A stretch of 64,000 nt of DNA, taken from contig NC_087436.1 of NCBI RefSeq assembly GCF_036321535.1, forward strand, positions 75,642,001 to 75,706,000, given 5' to 3'. The translations under genes and the position numbers were made by a program. This stretch comes from Camelus dromedarius (Eukaryota). The notes under the pieces are model-generated. The model worked only from the letters and a program-made list of their open reading frames with translations. It did no database searches and was not told the origin of the DNA. Shown piece after piece: positions 1-13,490 of the stretch; the first letter of the stretch is position 1; each line of letters begins with the position of its first letter.

Positions 1-107
1 CACTGATGGCCTCCACACAGACACAGGGAGGATGGAGATATACATAGAGCTGCCTGCAGGTGACACTCCTCGCTTGGCTGTAAACCGAGGCCTTCGACTC
101 TCAGCAG
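1..107 (+). CDS. FRAS1: FRAS1 window exon 1 (5'-truncated), CSPG repeat region
   Basis: TDGLHTDTGRMEIYIELPAGDTPRLAVNRGLRLSA-G; donor GCAG|gtacca, phase 1. Confidence 0.92.
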
Positions 108-867
108 GTACCACGGGAATGGAAGAGCGTGGCCATGGTTTCTTCTTTGTTGGTGGGCAGTGCTTCCTTCCATGTCAGCTCTGCAGGAGGATCGTGGACT
201 GGGTGTGCAGAATTAGGGGAGACTAGTGTTGGGGAGAACTGTTGTATTGGGGACACTAAGAGTTGTGAGTGATAAATGTGAATCTCCAAAGTTCTTTGGA
301 CCAGATGCCTCTGTCCATGAATCTGCAAAAAGATTGAGAAGAGTTTATAGGATTTCCAGGGTCCTCAAAAATCTTACTTTATCCAGCTACTCATAGGCCT
401 GGGTCTCTTAGAACATTGCCACTGCCCAACCAACCTCACAGGAACGAACAGCAAAACCTAGCAAGATTTTCAAGATGCTTAATTTAAAAAAAAAAAAAAA
501 GTGCATGGAGAGGACACTTGGGAGGTCATCATGCACCAAGAGAGATTATGCAAATAATTGGGAGCCATTAGCTACGGGATTCTAGGGTCTAACGTTTGCA
601 ATTTTTCTTAAGGAGAAGCAACACTGAAGTATCAGTCTTGGAGTCAGTTTGCAGTAGGGAGTTACTTAATTAGAGAGCAGGCCTTTTGCCCACAGACCAT
701 CTGTATCCCCCTGGAGTTCTGTTCGCTTGTCTATTCTCAGTTTCACGTATATTTTGTAGTGTAAAATGTACGGTACGATGGTGTTTGAAAATTTGGAGAT
801 TCCCAAGGGTCCCAAGTATTAGGTCTGGGGCTTAACTTTGCCCTATTTACAAGCTGGTAAGTCAGCC

Positions 868-1290
868 TATTACTGTTTCATGGATGCTAGTAGAGGACCG
901 GAGACTGCCTGGTCATAGACAAAGTCCTTGGTTACAGCACAGCAGGCAGCATCGCCGTCAGCAAGCTTGCATTGATTCCCAAGGCCCTCCAAGTCTGCTG
1001 GGGTGATGCAGAGGCCCCAGGTGAACACCTTCATGTGCACTGCGATGCATTACAGAAGAGGACCACTGAGCTTGGGGAGCTGCCCGTGTTCTAGTAGTGA
1101 AAAGCAAGCCCGATCTTTGTCCCAGAGGAAGGCATCACCTCATCACACGGGGCTGCTTGCTGAGACTGGCTCGGGCAATGAGTGGTCCAGCCTTGCGTTC
1201 TTGGCATTGCCCAGCAAGAACACGCAGGGATGCTCAGGGCCCATGGAGGACTGTCTCTCCAAACACCAGGATGTATTCCACATGAGTGGC
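868..1290. mobile_element. ERVL-class solo LTR (MER74/MER54/LTR53-like), approximate bounds
   Basis: Start TATTACTGTTTCATGGATGCTAGTAGAGGACCGGAGACT...GACAAAG...CAGCACAGCAGGCAGCA resembles the recalled consensus. Confidence 0.55.
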
Positions 1291-1966
1291 TAGGACCTAC
1301 TTTATCAGGATTTACTGTGATATGAGAAATGAGAAAATGACTAGAAAGGAAAGCAGAGGGGACGGCCCTGAGAAGAGGCGTTTGCCGGTAGGTAGTGCCT
1401 TGCCTCCATCCCCAACCCCTGTGCAGCCTTATAGGGCCCAGCACTCAGGTCTCCCTGCTTTGAGGCCCTCACTGTGTCCTTTGTCTTAAGCAACAGTGAT
1501 TCTGACCATTTGGTCAGTGATGGTAACCAGATATGTTTGTGTGTTTACATACAGCTGTTTTGTTATGCTTTGGTGATCCTCAAGACAGTAAGTCAGTTAG
1601 GTCCAAGCTGGTTTCTTCATTGGTCTGGGAGTCATGAACATCACAGAACTAGGAGTTGCTTCATGGATCTAGGTCCTAACTGAAAGGTCCCAGGAGTACA
1701 GTGAGCACAGGGAGAGAGTGAAAACGGATCAGAAGAGAAGAGGGGCTCAGATCCAAACTCAAGGGATGATTAGCAAATTGGGAAGTTGGGATTGTTTCAC
1801 GTAGGGAAATTAAAATTTATTCAGCTGGAAACAGAAGGGCAGGCAGCTGATACTTCCTTAGACCCAGGGAATGTGGGTAATTTAGTCTCCGGTCTCCTAA
1901 AGTCATCTGACCTCCTATTCAAAAGCAATGATGGAGAATGACCCACTGTCTCCCATTCTCTTCCAG

Positions 1967-2155
1967 GGTCGGTAGCACCCATCACAGAACAGCACTTGAA
2001 AGTGACAGATACTGACTCAGATGACCGTCAGGTAATGTACGTCTTGAAGGAAGATCCCATTGCAGGGCGCCTGCAGATGGTAAAGCATGACAGCCTGGAG
2101 CAGATCTCCGTTAAAGGCCCCATCCAGAGTTTCACCCAGGCCGACATCAGCCAAG
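1967..2155 (+). CDS. FRAS1: FRAS1 exon 2 (189 nt), CSPG repeat
   Basis: ttccag|GG; GSVAPITEQHLKVTDTDSDDRQVMY...SFTQADISQ-G; donor CAAG|gtcagc. Confidence 0.95.
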
Positions 2156-3591
2156 GTCAGCCGCTTCCTTCTGCTGCCCAGCCTTCCAGAGACTCCACCC
2201 CTAGTAGTAAAATGGGAGTTGCGCCTGGTGGCCTATGGCGGCAAACAGCGCACTTTTGTTTGGAATTAAGGGCTGAGTTAGAGCTTCATTTGTTCTTTCT
2301 TGACTCCTCAGTTTTTTTGTTTTTTAAAAAACTCTCCTTCTGGGCTAAAATGTGTTCGTGCCTTGACATAGCCTTGATGAAACTGGGGGCTATTATGGAG
2401 GAAAAAAATCATTTTGACTTGCTGTGATGCTAAAAAAAGGTGTGTGTGAGGGAGAAAGAAAGGAAAAAGAAGTGAATTGGGATGGATTAAGGTGAAAATT
2501 ATGCCTGCCTTAGGTGAACAATTTATATCTCTTTTTCAGCTCCCCAAAGAGCACAAGTTAATGAACTAAGCAAAATGGAAGGGCATAAATCGGAACTGCT
2601 TGAGGGAGATTACATAGCTCATCCCTCCTCCAGGAAGTGCTGATGTAATGTAAAAGCATAAGTGTTAAATGCTACGTAGTTACTGTACAGTGCTTTCCGG
2701 GGTGAGAAAGGAAACAAAAGTTACATAGTGGGGAGGAAAGCAATTCAACGCCGTGTGATGATGTGCAGTTTCATTTAGTTGTGGAAACATGCCCTCCTAT
2801 GGGGGAAAATAAAGGTCCTGTCTGTGCACCAGCACCTAAAATTATAGCAGCCAAAACCTCACTGGACCTGTCTGTACTTGAGTGAAGGGAGGGAACTAAT
2901 TCCTTCATTATTCCTCGCCTCAGTGTCTCTTTTTAGAGTATGAGAGCAGGCATCTCTTCTCAGATGTTTGGTTGTATTTACCTTGCTAGGTACTTATACG
3001 TGATGCTGTGGGTTAACAAAATTGTAATAGATTGCATTTTTCCCTTGGAATCCTTTTGACTTCTATGTGGAGTTTATTTTGTTTATCTATTTCTTTGGTG
3101 GTTGGTTACATCCCACGTTGTTCCCCAAATGATTTACGACTGTACTGAGAAATGGGAGTGACACAGTCTGGGAGAATGTGAGCTGCAGCTGTCTGTCCTC
3201 TTGCCCTGTGACATGGATATATAACAGGGCCACAGCAGTGATGTGGGTCCAGTTCAGTGCGCATTTTCCACGTGGGCAGTTTTACTGATGTATCTATTCG
3301 TGAAACCTCCTTAGCGTCTTCTTCCTCAAACTCTGCGCCTCAACCATAAGCAATGCTACTTGCTGCTTGGGGTGTTTTATCATCGGGGATCATCAATCAC
3401 GAGGAAGCCACTAGTGGGAGACCAAAGGGAGGAAATGAAAATGTTAGATTAAAATGTCGAAAGCAATGTCAAAGTGAGAAGGGGTTAATTGATTCATTGG
3501 TGGGAATACCAATCAAATTCTCGCCTGACACTTCAGAAGTAAGGGCAGAAAGCACTAATAGCAAATTTTGATTTTCTTGTCCTTTTTACAG

Positions 3592-3711
3592 GCCGCATAG
3601 AATACAGTCACAGGAAAGGAGAATCTAGCGGGAACTTTGCTTTTAAATATGATGTGGTTGATGGAGAAGGCAACAAATTGACTGACCAGTCATTTTCCAT
3701 CAGTGTTTTGG
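3592..3711 (+). CDS. FRAS1: FRAS1 exon 3 (120 nt)
   Basis: tttttacag|GC; RIEYSHRKGESSGNFAFKYDVVDGEGNKLTDQSFSISVL; donor TTGG|gtaagg; not in ORF track. Confidence 0.95.
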
Positions 3712-3975
3712 GTAAGGGGGCATTGGGTTTCTAAACATCATCCAGCAGTTCTGAGGTTGTGGGGTGCAGACTGGGCTCACCTTGAGGCTTGACCCTTTCC
3801 TTTAGCGGCTGGTGTGGAAATCTGGAATTATATCCCCTCGGTTGTGTGACGCTGTGGCTCCTTGAGGCACTCTCTGAGGGACAGGCTTGAGGGCTATTTT
3901 GATCCTCAGGTCCAGAACTGAAGAAAGGAGGCTGAAAATGATCCCATTTCAAATCACTGATTTTGATATTTTCAG

Positions 3976-4155
3976 AAGACAAATCCCCACCAGTCATCAC
4001 CACCAATAAAGGGCTGGTCTTGGATGAAAACTCAGTGAAGAAAATCACCACTCTGCAGCTCTCTGCCACTGACCAGGAGACGGACCCTGCAGAACTGATC
4101 TACAGAATCACCAGACAGCCCCAGCTGGGCCACCTGGAACACACAGCATCACCAG
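3976..4155 (+). CDS. FRAS1: FRAS1 exon 4 (180 nt), CSPG repeat
   Basis: ttttcag|AA; EDKSPPVITTNKGLVLDENSVKK...GHLEHTASP-G; donor CCAG|gtaacc. Confidence 0.96.
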
Positions 4156-4429
4156 GTAACCCCGTCATCTCTGACATCATCAAACCCAAAGCTGGGATTT
4201 ACCAAAGTGCTGGGGGCACCCACATCATGCATACACATTCACCTCGAATCTGCCTTTATTAGTATTTCTTTTTGCATCACTAGTTCTGACCATTGTCTAT
4301 CACCTTGCATTATACTTAGCACACAGTAGATGCTTAATAATTACTTGCTGGATTTAGAACTAAAAATTATAATTTGATATAAACAATCTTGTCTCCATAA
4401 CTGGAATTCAACAAGTAACCAATGAGCAT

Positions 4430-5760
4430 GCGTTTTGAGTAAGATTCTGGTTTAGCTGCTACAGAGGAAAAAAAATGAAAAATTAAATACAACCCTCACC
4501 CTTTAGAATTCTCTATTGGATGAGATAAGGATCCTCTGCATATAACCATATGTAAGGGAAGAGTGTGGTAGGTAATTTAAGAACCGTATAAACCTAGTAT
4601 CATAGGAGTTCAGAAGTGGAAGCGGCTACATCAGGTGGGAAGGTGCACAGAGGTGGCATTGAAGAGTGCCCTTGAAAGACAGAATTTGGGCAGACAGAAA
4701 TTGTGTTATTTCCAGAGATAGGAACAGCATGAGGGCACATTCAAAAAAATTACGAGTGGGCCAGTTTAGCTAAAGCATATATTCTGAAAATAGTCATCAA
4801 TAGGGCCCTTGGGTAAATTGAGATTTTATGGAGGGTCTTCAAAACGGCGATAAGTAATCCCTATTTAATTCAATAGGCAATAGGGAGTCACTGCAGAATT
4901 TTGAACAGGGGAGAGAAGTGAAATTCATCTACTGCCCAAGAGGATGACCTGAAAGAAAGAAAAAGGAGGTGGTGATGGTAGTTAGGAAATTTCACTTTTG
5001 GCCACATAGGAGCTAGTGAGGCTTCACCTGGAGGGGCAGCAGTGGAATAGTAAAATGAGGTAACACCTAGTACCTAGTAAGTATTCAGTAAACAGTGGCT
5101 GGTGGAAGGGAGGAAGGAGTGAGTTAATTTCAGGGGAAGAACCTATGGAACTTGGCAGCTTGAATAGATGTGATAAGGGACAAGAGGTACTTGCTGAATA
5201 AACAATCTAAAGGTAGAACTGTCTTTATTTGTACCTCACAGAAGCAGTGTCAGCTTGCAGGAAATTTAGATCATTGGTTTTCTTTGGATTTTAGGCTACA
5301 AATTCTTCATTCATTCAACCAGGGAAACAGCAGAACAGCGGGAGTACTTGCCCTGATGCAGGGAGTCAGACAGTAAGCAAACAATCCGGCAAAGATACCA
5401 TATGTCAGTGGTGATAAGTTAGGGGCTGAAATAAGGGCATTCCTGGTGCGCAGGGAGCAAGGTGAGGGAGGGCCTCCCTAAGAAGAAGACATTTGAGCAC
5501 AGATCTGAAGAAAGTGAGGGGCCAGCCATGCTGACATATAAGAAAGGAACATGCCAGACAGGGGACCAGGGAGTGTTAACGTCCTCAGATGGGATCAGCC
5601 AGGCCCACCCTGTTCCAGATGCTGCAAGGAGACCAGTGTGGCTGGGGCAGAGCAAGTGAGGGAGAGAGCCAGGTGGATGAGCTGGGGGTGACTTGGTGGG
5701 AGATGAGGGAGGCAGACCATGCCTGGGTCCAAGGTGAGGGTGGAGGAGGGAGTGTTGTGT
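4430..5760 (-). mobile_element. Degenerate L2 LINE fragments, approximate bounds
   Basis: Purine-rich L2-type text such as GAGGGCCTCCCTAAGAAGAAGACATTTGAGCACAGATCTGAAG and TTCATTCATTCAA tail. Confidence 0.6.
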
Positions 5761-7117
5761 GCATGGTGGGAAGGTGTGGGGAAGGATGGACAGATTGGCC
5801 AAAATCCCAAATGCAAATTCAAGCAGCTGCTCTCCCCTTTTGTCCCAAAGTTCCTGGGGGAAGTATGCAGATCAACGCTCCGGATACCTTGGCTGCATGA
5901 GATGTTTGATAAGTAATTCATGAGCTAACTGCTTCTGCCAGAATTCTGTCAGGTTGCTGACCATATCTCTCCAAAGATGACAGGGCAGACTCTTGCCTGT
6001 TGTGTTGGGCAACGGCATGCACGCGGCACAGAGCTCCAAAGGGCTCAGAGCTCTGGGCGAGGCCCCGCCAGTGGCTGGTAACTCACAGCCCTGGCTCTTC
6101 TCTGACCCCAGGCTGTGTCACGTCCTGTGTGAGCCTGCCCCAAATTCGCCTTTTCTGCTTTTTACAGTCTCAGCTTTCACTGGGCTTAAATCCTGGATGC
6201 CAAGGCCAAGCCAGGGCCGTTTAGGGGACAACCCATAGGGGATCACCCTGCTCCCTCCTCTTGGGAGAGCGGGGGCTCCCCTGATCTGGGATACTTCCTT
6301 CACCTGCCCTTTTCCACCAGGCTTGACTCCCTAGCCTGTGTTCTCTCCCACCCTCACCAGTGTGTCTCAATCCTCCTATTTCTAGAAATTCTAAGTAGAC
6401 CAGAGAGGAAGATATTTACTCTCGGGGGCCCCTCTCCAATTCTAATGGAGCAGAGCTTCCCTGTCCCTCCCATACCACCAGCCCCACACCCAGTCCTTTC
6501 TGTAGTATTTAATCAGCAATCTCTCCTTTCCTGTCTCCCCTAAGTGGAAATGTATTCATGAATTTGAATTCTTTTAAATGTCAGAGCTCTCCCTTCAGAG
6601 GAAGTCCGTGTTGATTAAGGAGCACCCTCTCTGAAGGCAGCTGGCTCCGGCTTAGAGAAAAGCACCACCCCCCGTCTGTCTCAGCGGTGAGGAGGGGTCT
6701 CCCAGGAGCTGGGCTGGGCTGGGAGGAGCAGAACAGCTTCTAGGCCAGTGTGTACAGTGCAGACACTGAGCTGTCTGGGGACTGGATGCCTCTGGGAATT
6801 GTCATTTGCTGCTGGCGCTTGCGGACGTCTCCTGGTGGTTAACTGCAAAGTGGACTTAGTCTTAGGTGATCTTTCTTGATCAGCTTGTTGTGATTGTTCT
6901 CTTTAGGTAGAAAAGATGTGAAGGTCCTCCTTTCTTCCCCTGAGGAGACATAGGGAGCCTATGGGAACCCTGCAGAAGACAGACACGAACCTCCCACCGT
7001 GGAGGAGAGTCACATGAGACGCTAAGTCCCCATGGGCTCTTTGCAAGGTTGAGGACCCACACTCTCATGTCAGGGACCCTAAGGACCCTCTTATTCGTGG
7101 GAAATCAGAGTAAGAAG

Positions 7118-7470
7118 TTATCAGGATAGAAGCTAAGTTGCTGAAACAAAGAGACTGCAAAATACAGTGCCTTCCACAGTAAGTTTCTTTTCTCTCCCAG
7201 CAAAATCTAGAGGCAGGTGGCCCAGACCGCCCGAGGTAGCTCAGTGACCCTCCACGTGAGGCCCCCATCTCTGGTCCAAGATGACTACTGTATTGTCGTC
7301 ATCCCCCAGCCAGCCGCCAGGGAGGAAAGACCAGCGGCACCCACATGCATTTCTTTTCTAGGAGCGTTGCTAGAAGAACACACACCCCTTTTGATCACAT
7401 CCCAGTGGCAAGGATGTAGCCACACAAAGCTGTGAGGTGGCTGGGAAATCTAGACCCTACCTGGGCATCC
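7118..7470. mobile_element. Old MaLR LTR (MLT1J/K-like), approximate bounds
   Basis: TATCAGGATAG...GCTGAAACAAAG...CACATCCCAGTGGCAAG...GGCTGGGAAATCTAG motifs. Confidence 0.55.
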
Positions 7471-7871
7471 AGTCACTTAATAACAGTCATCAGTTATATT
7501 TTTAAAGTAGGGGAGCAGTAATATTGGAATATATCCGTCTCTAACACACACTGGTTCTCTCCTTCACCAAACATTCATTGAGTCACTGCTGCAGAGCAAA
7601 GCTTAGGTTTTGGAAGTGGGAGACATGTCAGTAAATGCGTGCCAGTGTGTTTCAGTAGCTGTGACAGCAACGTGACAGAGGATAGTGGGAGCCAAAGGAC
7701 GGTGAGTCCCACCTAAGAGAGGGCGGGGAGTGAGTCAGGAAGGACTTCCCACAGGTGACGCTTTAGCAAGGTATTCGTTGGCCTCCTTTTCTTCTCAGCC
7801 TCTTGGTATTGTGACACCAACCAAAATAAGATGCACCCTTGTCTTAGTTTGGGTTCTTCTGAGAGCAAAGT

Positions 7872-8278
7872 TATATTATCTTCGGTCATATGGCATCTGT
7901 CACAAAGCACCACAGACCGAGCAGTTTAGACAACAGAAATCGATTGTCTCACAGATCTCAGTGCCAGAAGCCCAAGATCGTGGTGTCGGCAGGGTTGGTA
8001 CCTTCCCAGGGAAGGCTCTGTTCCAGGCCTCTCCTCTGGGCTAATAGATAGCTATCTTTATGTTCACATGGCATTCTCCCTGCATGTGCATGTCTGTGTC
8101 AAAATTTCCCTTTTTATAAGGTCATTAGTGGAATTATATTAGGGCCCATCCTGATGACCTCATCTTAACTAATTACACCTGCAGTGGTCCTATTTCCAAT
8201 AAGGTCACGTTGTGAGGTCCTGGGGTTAGGACCTCAGTATATGAATTTGGGGGGGGGAACGCAATTCATTCCATAACA
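7872..8278 (-). mobile_element. MaLR solo LTR (MLT1B/C-like)
   Basis: Ends ...TTAGGACCTCAGTATATGAATTTGGGGGGGGGAACGCAATTCATTCCATAACA, the reverse complement of the MLT1 5' end TGTTATGG; internal GGGCCCATCCTGATGACCTCATCTTAAC. Confidence 0.85.
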
Positions 8279-9534
8279 GGAGGCTTGAAAGAAAATCTGA
8301 AGCAGAGAAGCTGAGAGTCTCCCTCCGCATGAGCTTGAGATGGGACGCAGACAACAGGCACAGAGCCATCCACAGCTACGCTGAAAGCAGGAGGGCCGGG
8401 GCGAGCTCCTAACATCCTATTAGGAAGGCAATTTCTTCAAAGGTGCTTTATTCCCACACCACTTCCCTGACCTGGACCGAACCTTCTCTAACATGCTGGC
8501 TCTCCGGGGGAATTGGAAAAACTGACAGGGTTAATGTGGGTCTCCGTAATACTGCCAGATACATAGTTTAGCCAGCAGGTTGGTGACTGAAAACACCTTG
8601 GACGGAATTAAAAAGCCTTCAAGATGTTTCGAACAGTAACCACCTGCTGTGACAGCCAGTAGGGACAATATGTTATTAGGAGCACCATCCTACTGGTGAG
8701 TGAACAGCTGAAGGCTTCCAATACCCAATTAGCAACAACTAAACTTTTTTTTTTGGAGATGGGGATGGAAACAACTAAATATTTTTAAAAAGTGTATAGA
8801 GATTGAAAGTCTGTACTTAATAAGACCTGTTAGATAGTCATTGTAGTGGATGAACTAAATTCATTTTCCAAATGTGTTTTGAGAACCTACTATGTGCCAG
8901 GCACTATTCTAGGTGCATATTAGTGAAGAAACAACAAAAATTCTTGTCCTCTTGAGGCTTACCTTCTAATATAGCTTGTGACCCTCTGGTGCTTAATTAT
9001 GGATATCATGTAAATGATATTAAATACCCCACCAAAATCAACATTTCAGACAAGAAAATGGGCACAGCCAAAAAAGTATCTAAAAGTAAAATGATGATAT
9101 TTCAGTGATAGATCTGAGTGGCCTTTGTGATTCTTTATTACTTTTCTGTGTTTTTCACATTTTCTGAATAGACATGTATTGCTTTTATATGGAAAAAAAA
9201 ATTAACGGATTAAGGGTGAACTTCAAGAGGCTCCTAGTCTAGCCCAAAAGGCTAGATAAATTTTACAAAAAGTACCCCTAGCAGGCATACACTTTGGACA
9301 TAGACAATCGGAGTTCCAGCCCCAGCGACTCTGCTGTCTTATGTGTGACCTCAGATAGGTCAGATTTATTTTCTGATTTTATTAGTATCATAATGTGAAA
9401 AAATAGAGGTAATATATCAACCTTGACCTCCCAGAGTTGTTAAGAGAAAACAATATATATAAGCAAGCCTGAAACAATTCTGCACATGGTCAGTGTTCAA
9501 TGTTTGCTAAACTGAATGGAGAAAGACACACTGA

Positions 9535-10228
9535 GATCAAGCCTGGAGCTCTCATGCACTGCTAGTGGGGATGCAAAGTGGTGCTACCATGTTGGAAGAT
9601 ATTGGCAGTTTCCTGAAAAGTTAAGCATTCCATATGCTCCAGACATACATTCCCACCATCCCACTCTTAGAGATTTACCCAAGAAAAATGAAAACTTACG
9701 TTCATACAAAGACTTGTGCAGGCATGATCATAGCAGCTTTATTTGTAATAGCCCCAAATTGGAAATAACCTAAATGTTCATGAACTGGTGGGTGGATAAA
9801 ATGTCTATGATATATCCATTCAATGGAATACTACTCCATTAGTAAGTAAAAAAGGGGATGAACTATTGATACATGCCACAATATGGATGAATCCAAAACA
9901 GTTACACTAAATGTAAGAAACCATGCATAAAATAACATCTCCTGTATGATTCTATTTATAAAAAATAGAGAAAATGCCAACTAATCTATAATGACAGAGA
10001 ACAATTTATATGCTTCTTTGGGATGGGGAGGGGGCAGGAAAGGGAAGGATGAAAGGATTGCAGAGTGTCAGCTGGAAACTTTCAGGTGATGGATATGTTC
10101 CCTATTTTGATTAAGGTGGTAGTTTCATGGATGTGACAAAGCTTATGAAATTGTACACCTTAAATATGTGTAATTTATTATATGTCAATTTCCTCTCAAT
10201 AAAGAATGTTAAATAAATAAATAAATCT
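9535..10228 (+). mobile_element. Old L1 (L1MC-like) ORF2 end and 3' UTR, sense orientation
   Basis: CACTGCTAGTGGGGATGCAAAGTGG...CATAGCAGCTTTATTTGTAATAGCCCCAAATTGGAAA...AATAAA plus (TAAA)n tail. Confidence 0.85.
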
Positions 10229-11796
10229 CAGCACTTCCTTCCTAAGAGGAAGGGAAATCCATCACCTTTCTTAATCAGTCTTCGAGTCTTACCAAGGGAA
10301 CACTGAATTTGGTGACCAGTTGATTGTGAGAATCCACACAAGTTATTTTCCCATGAGCTGTGAGAATGGATTCGCAGCAGGGGAAGAGATTTAAATTTCT
10401 CAGCTACAGCCAGTCTGAAGTTACTAAATTTTTAAAGAATGGTATGGATTTCTGTCCAGAACCACAAGACAAAGCTATAAGACAGGGCGCTACATTTTTT
10501 TGCCTGTCGAGAGCTGATGCAGTAAGCACAGAAATATAAAATGCCTCATCAAAAAATTAATTCCCCAATATTCAGGAGGCCAATCTATCTGGGTGACAGA
10601 TTTCAGATGATAAAGAGAGATGCAAATGTAAGCCATGCTGGTTGATGGGATTTTTTAAAAAAAAGATGAAGCAGTGATACTGATGTCACAGTTAAATGTA
10701 AAATAGTCAGAGTAGAATCTCTTTGGGTTTTTTTTTTTTTGTTTTCTTTTTTTACAGGAAAGGCTGTTTTTGCCAGGATTAACAATGACAAACAATAAAT
10801 TCCAGAAGCAGCAAATGAATTTCAGGACCAAACCAAAGAACTAGATTAAACAGATTAATGCTGTAACACCCAGAATCAAAAAGAAGGAATTTGTGCTGAG
10901 AGACTAAAAGATGTGATTTTGCTTCAGTCCTGGTTGGCACCAGAGGATGGGCCCCAGAAGCCCTCAAATAGAAGCAAGAATTCTGGGCTGTTTTGCTAAA
11001 TGTCGTTGGCCATTTGAAAAGGGGAGATATTATTCATTTCTGGGAATTACTTAAGTTTTTTTTTTTTTTTACTTTTAAAACGACTCTGAAAAAAAAATTA
11101 GCCTATTTTCTCTATATTGTGTTTTTAAAAGATACTGGTTTTGTAGGTCATTTTAGAGTTGAGAAAGAATGATTGCTCAAACCCCAAAGTCATGCAGTAA
11201 GTTTTGTGACTGCCAGCCTGGCCAGAGTGGTCCGTGAGAAGTATATGCTGATCACAGACCTGAGAGTGAAAGGGACCTTGAAGAATATCCAAGGGAGTTA
11301 TGGGCAACAGGGATGGCTCACTAATCACAGAAACAAGGCTATGTGTAGCCAGACCCTATGACTCCAGTGTTCAGATACTAAGCCATCACACAATATTAAA
11401 AGTTAGGGCAGGTTTTCAGAAAGGACCACGAGGTGATGGGGGAATATAAAACTTTAAGATTGAGGAGTTTAGAGAATAAGGCAGTGGCTCTACCTTTCAC
11501 AGCTTTGACCTGCATACAGAAACCCCAAGAGAAAGGAGACTAACACTTATCGAGCACCTGTGTTTGCCCTGGCGCATAGTCGAAGCCTAGGTAGTTAACA
11601 TGTGCTCCCACAGAGCATATGCTGTTGCAGGGGAAAAAACACGAACAACTCTAACACTAGGTCTTAGGGGGCCACACATAAATGCTTTAAGACAAATACG
11701 AAGAACTCTGTCTGGTGAGAGTGTGACATTTCCCTCACCTGCGAGGTATGGCTGGCAGTGCAACACCCTTTCTCTGCTTCTTTCTTCTTTTGCCAG

Positions 11797-11921
11797 GCAT
11801 CCAGATTAGCTCCTTTTCTCAAGCTGACCTCACTTCAGGAAATGTTCAGTATGTCCACTCTAGTGAGACGGAGGAGCATTCAGATGCCTTCAGCTTTACG
11901 CTCTCTGATGGAGTCAATGAG
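11797..11921 (+). CDS. FRAS1: FRAS1 exon 5 (125 nt)
   Basis: tgccag|GC; IQISSFSQADLTSGNVQYVHSSETEEHSDAFSFTLSDGVNE; donor GAG|gtgggt. Confidence 0.95.
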
Positions 11922-12199
11922 GTGGGTGAGGAGTTCAGTTCCCTCCCTCCTGGGTATTGATTCAGGCAGTCTTCTTTGACTGGAGTGGGAGAGCCACCAG
12001 TGCTGTGACAGCTTCATTCTCCTCTGCCCTCAGCCAAAGGCAGAGGCAAAGAGAACTCTATCTTGATGAAGAGAGCTCACTTCCAGGTTCTGGGTCAGTC
12101 AGCCATGCCAGGATGCATGGAAGGCCAGAGAGAGAGCGCCTGCCTCCTGCTTGGGTGGGTGCTTGGGACAGGTGACCCACCTGCACTTTTCCCACGTAG

Positions 12200-12340
12200 G
12201 TGACTCAGACTTTCCACATGACTCTTCGCCCTGTGGATGACTCGCTGCCCGTTGTACAAAACTTGGGGATGCGGGTCCAGGAGGGTGTGAGGAAGACCAT
12301 CACAGAGTTTGAGCTCAAGGCGGTGGATGCGGACACAGAG
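12200..12340 (+). CDS. FRAS1: FRAS1 exon 6 (141 nt)
   Basis: cgtag|GTG; VTQTFHMTLRPVDDSLPVVQNLGMRVQEGVRKTITEFELKAVDADTE; donor GAG|gtgaga. Confidence 0.96.
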
Positions 12341-12939
12341 GTGAGAGCGCTCCCCCAGCTCTCTGGCTGAATGAGAGGCTGATCTGGTGGCATCTTTGCT
12401 TTGTGACTGTGCATCCCAAGGTAGGGTGGAGTGGTAAGGCTACGGTGAGCATCCTTGAAGGATTAAACCCAGAACACACTGTGGCCTTCTGGAAACTAAT
12501 TAGAGAAACTAATACATTTGAAATCAAGTTGTTTTTAAACCCTTTCTGAAACCCTCAATACATTTATCCTTTCCCATGATTATGTGTAACAGTCATTGTA
12601 ATATGCTGATTTGTGTCATGATCCATAGCAAATTAGGCAGATGACATTTTCTCCAGTGTTTTTATTAGTCCCTATTAGTGAACAAGCGTTTTCTCCACCT
12701 ATACACTTTTACCTCCTTCTTCCAGACCTCACTGGTTGACAACTAATTATTGCAATTTAATCATTCTTAAACAACTAGGCTTCATACTGTAAAACAGGGC
12801 ATGTGGAGACCAAACTCTTACTCGCATACTGCTTTCAGATTAAAGTATCTAACATTCTGACATGATTTAGCTCCCATTAAAAAAGGACTGCACACTTACT
12901 ACTTAGTTCTATGTATATACCCTTCCCTGTGCCAACATG

Positions 12940-13490
12940 CATTCATTTATTTATTCACTCTTTTAGCAAATATTTATTACCTACTAAGTGCCAGGTTCTG
13001 CTCTGGATGCTAAATACAGCGCTGTGAACAAAACGGATCAAAGTTCCAGCCTGAGGGAGTTTACAACCTTCGGTCAGGGGGACAGACAAGACAAAAAGAA
13101 AGAACATAGAATGTCATGTCAGATGTGCTAAGTGCTAAGAGTAAAAATAAGTGAGATAAAGGAGACAGAGACTGACGGGTGTGCTGTTTCAGACAGAGTG
13201 GTCAGGGAAGGCTTCCCTGAGGAGCTGATGTCACAGCAGAGAAAGGAAGTGGAAGAGCAAGGCGTGCAGTTCCCTGGGAGAATCGCTCTCCAGGCACAAG
13301 AATCAGAAGGGCAAAGGCCCTGTGGTCAGGTGTGCTTGGAACATTTGAGATGCAACCCACAGGCCAAGCAGGAGAAGAGAAGAATGAGACCAGAGAGGAG
13401 CCCTGGGACCAGGTCACAGGGGCCTCATTGGCCCAGCTCAGGTCTCGGCATGTTTTTCCAAGTTGGTGGGAAATCACTGGAGAATCCTGA
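12940..13490 (-). mobile_element. L2 LINE 3' region
   Basis: CATTCATTTATTTATTCACTC...CAAATATTTATTACCTACTAAGTGCCAGG...GTGAACAAAAC. Confidence 0.75.

Noticed and set aside
6585..6648. Possible pre-miRNA-like hairpin (CCTTCAGAG ... CTCTGAAGG)
   Set aside because: Only 9 bp of contiguous pairing with large bulges; folding cannot be computed here and no known mature sequence was recognised
8547..8557. TAATACTGCC matches the first 10 nt of miR-200b/c
   Set aside because: The match stops after 10 nt and there is no complementary hairpin arm; consistent with chance
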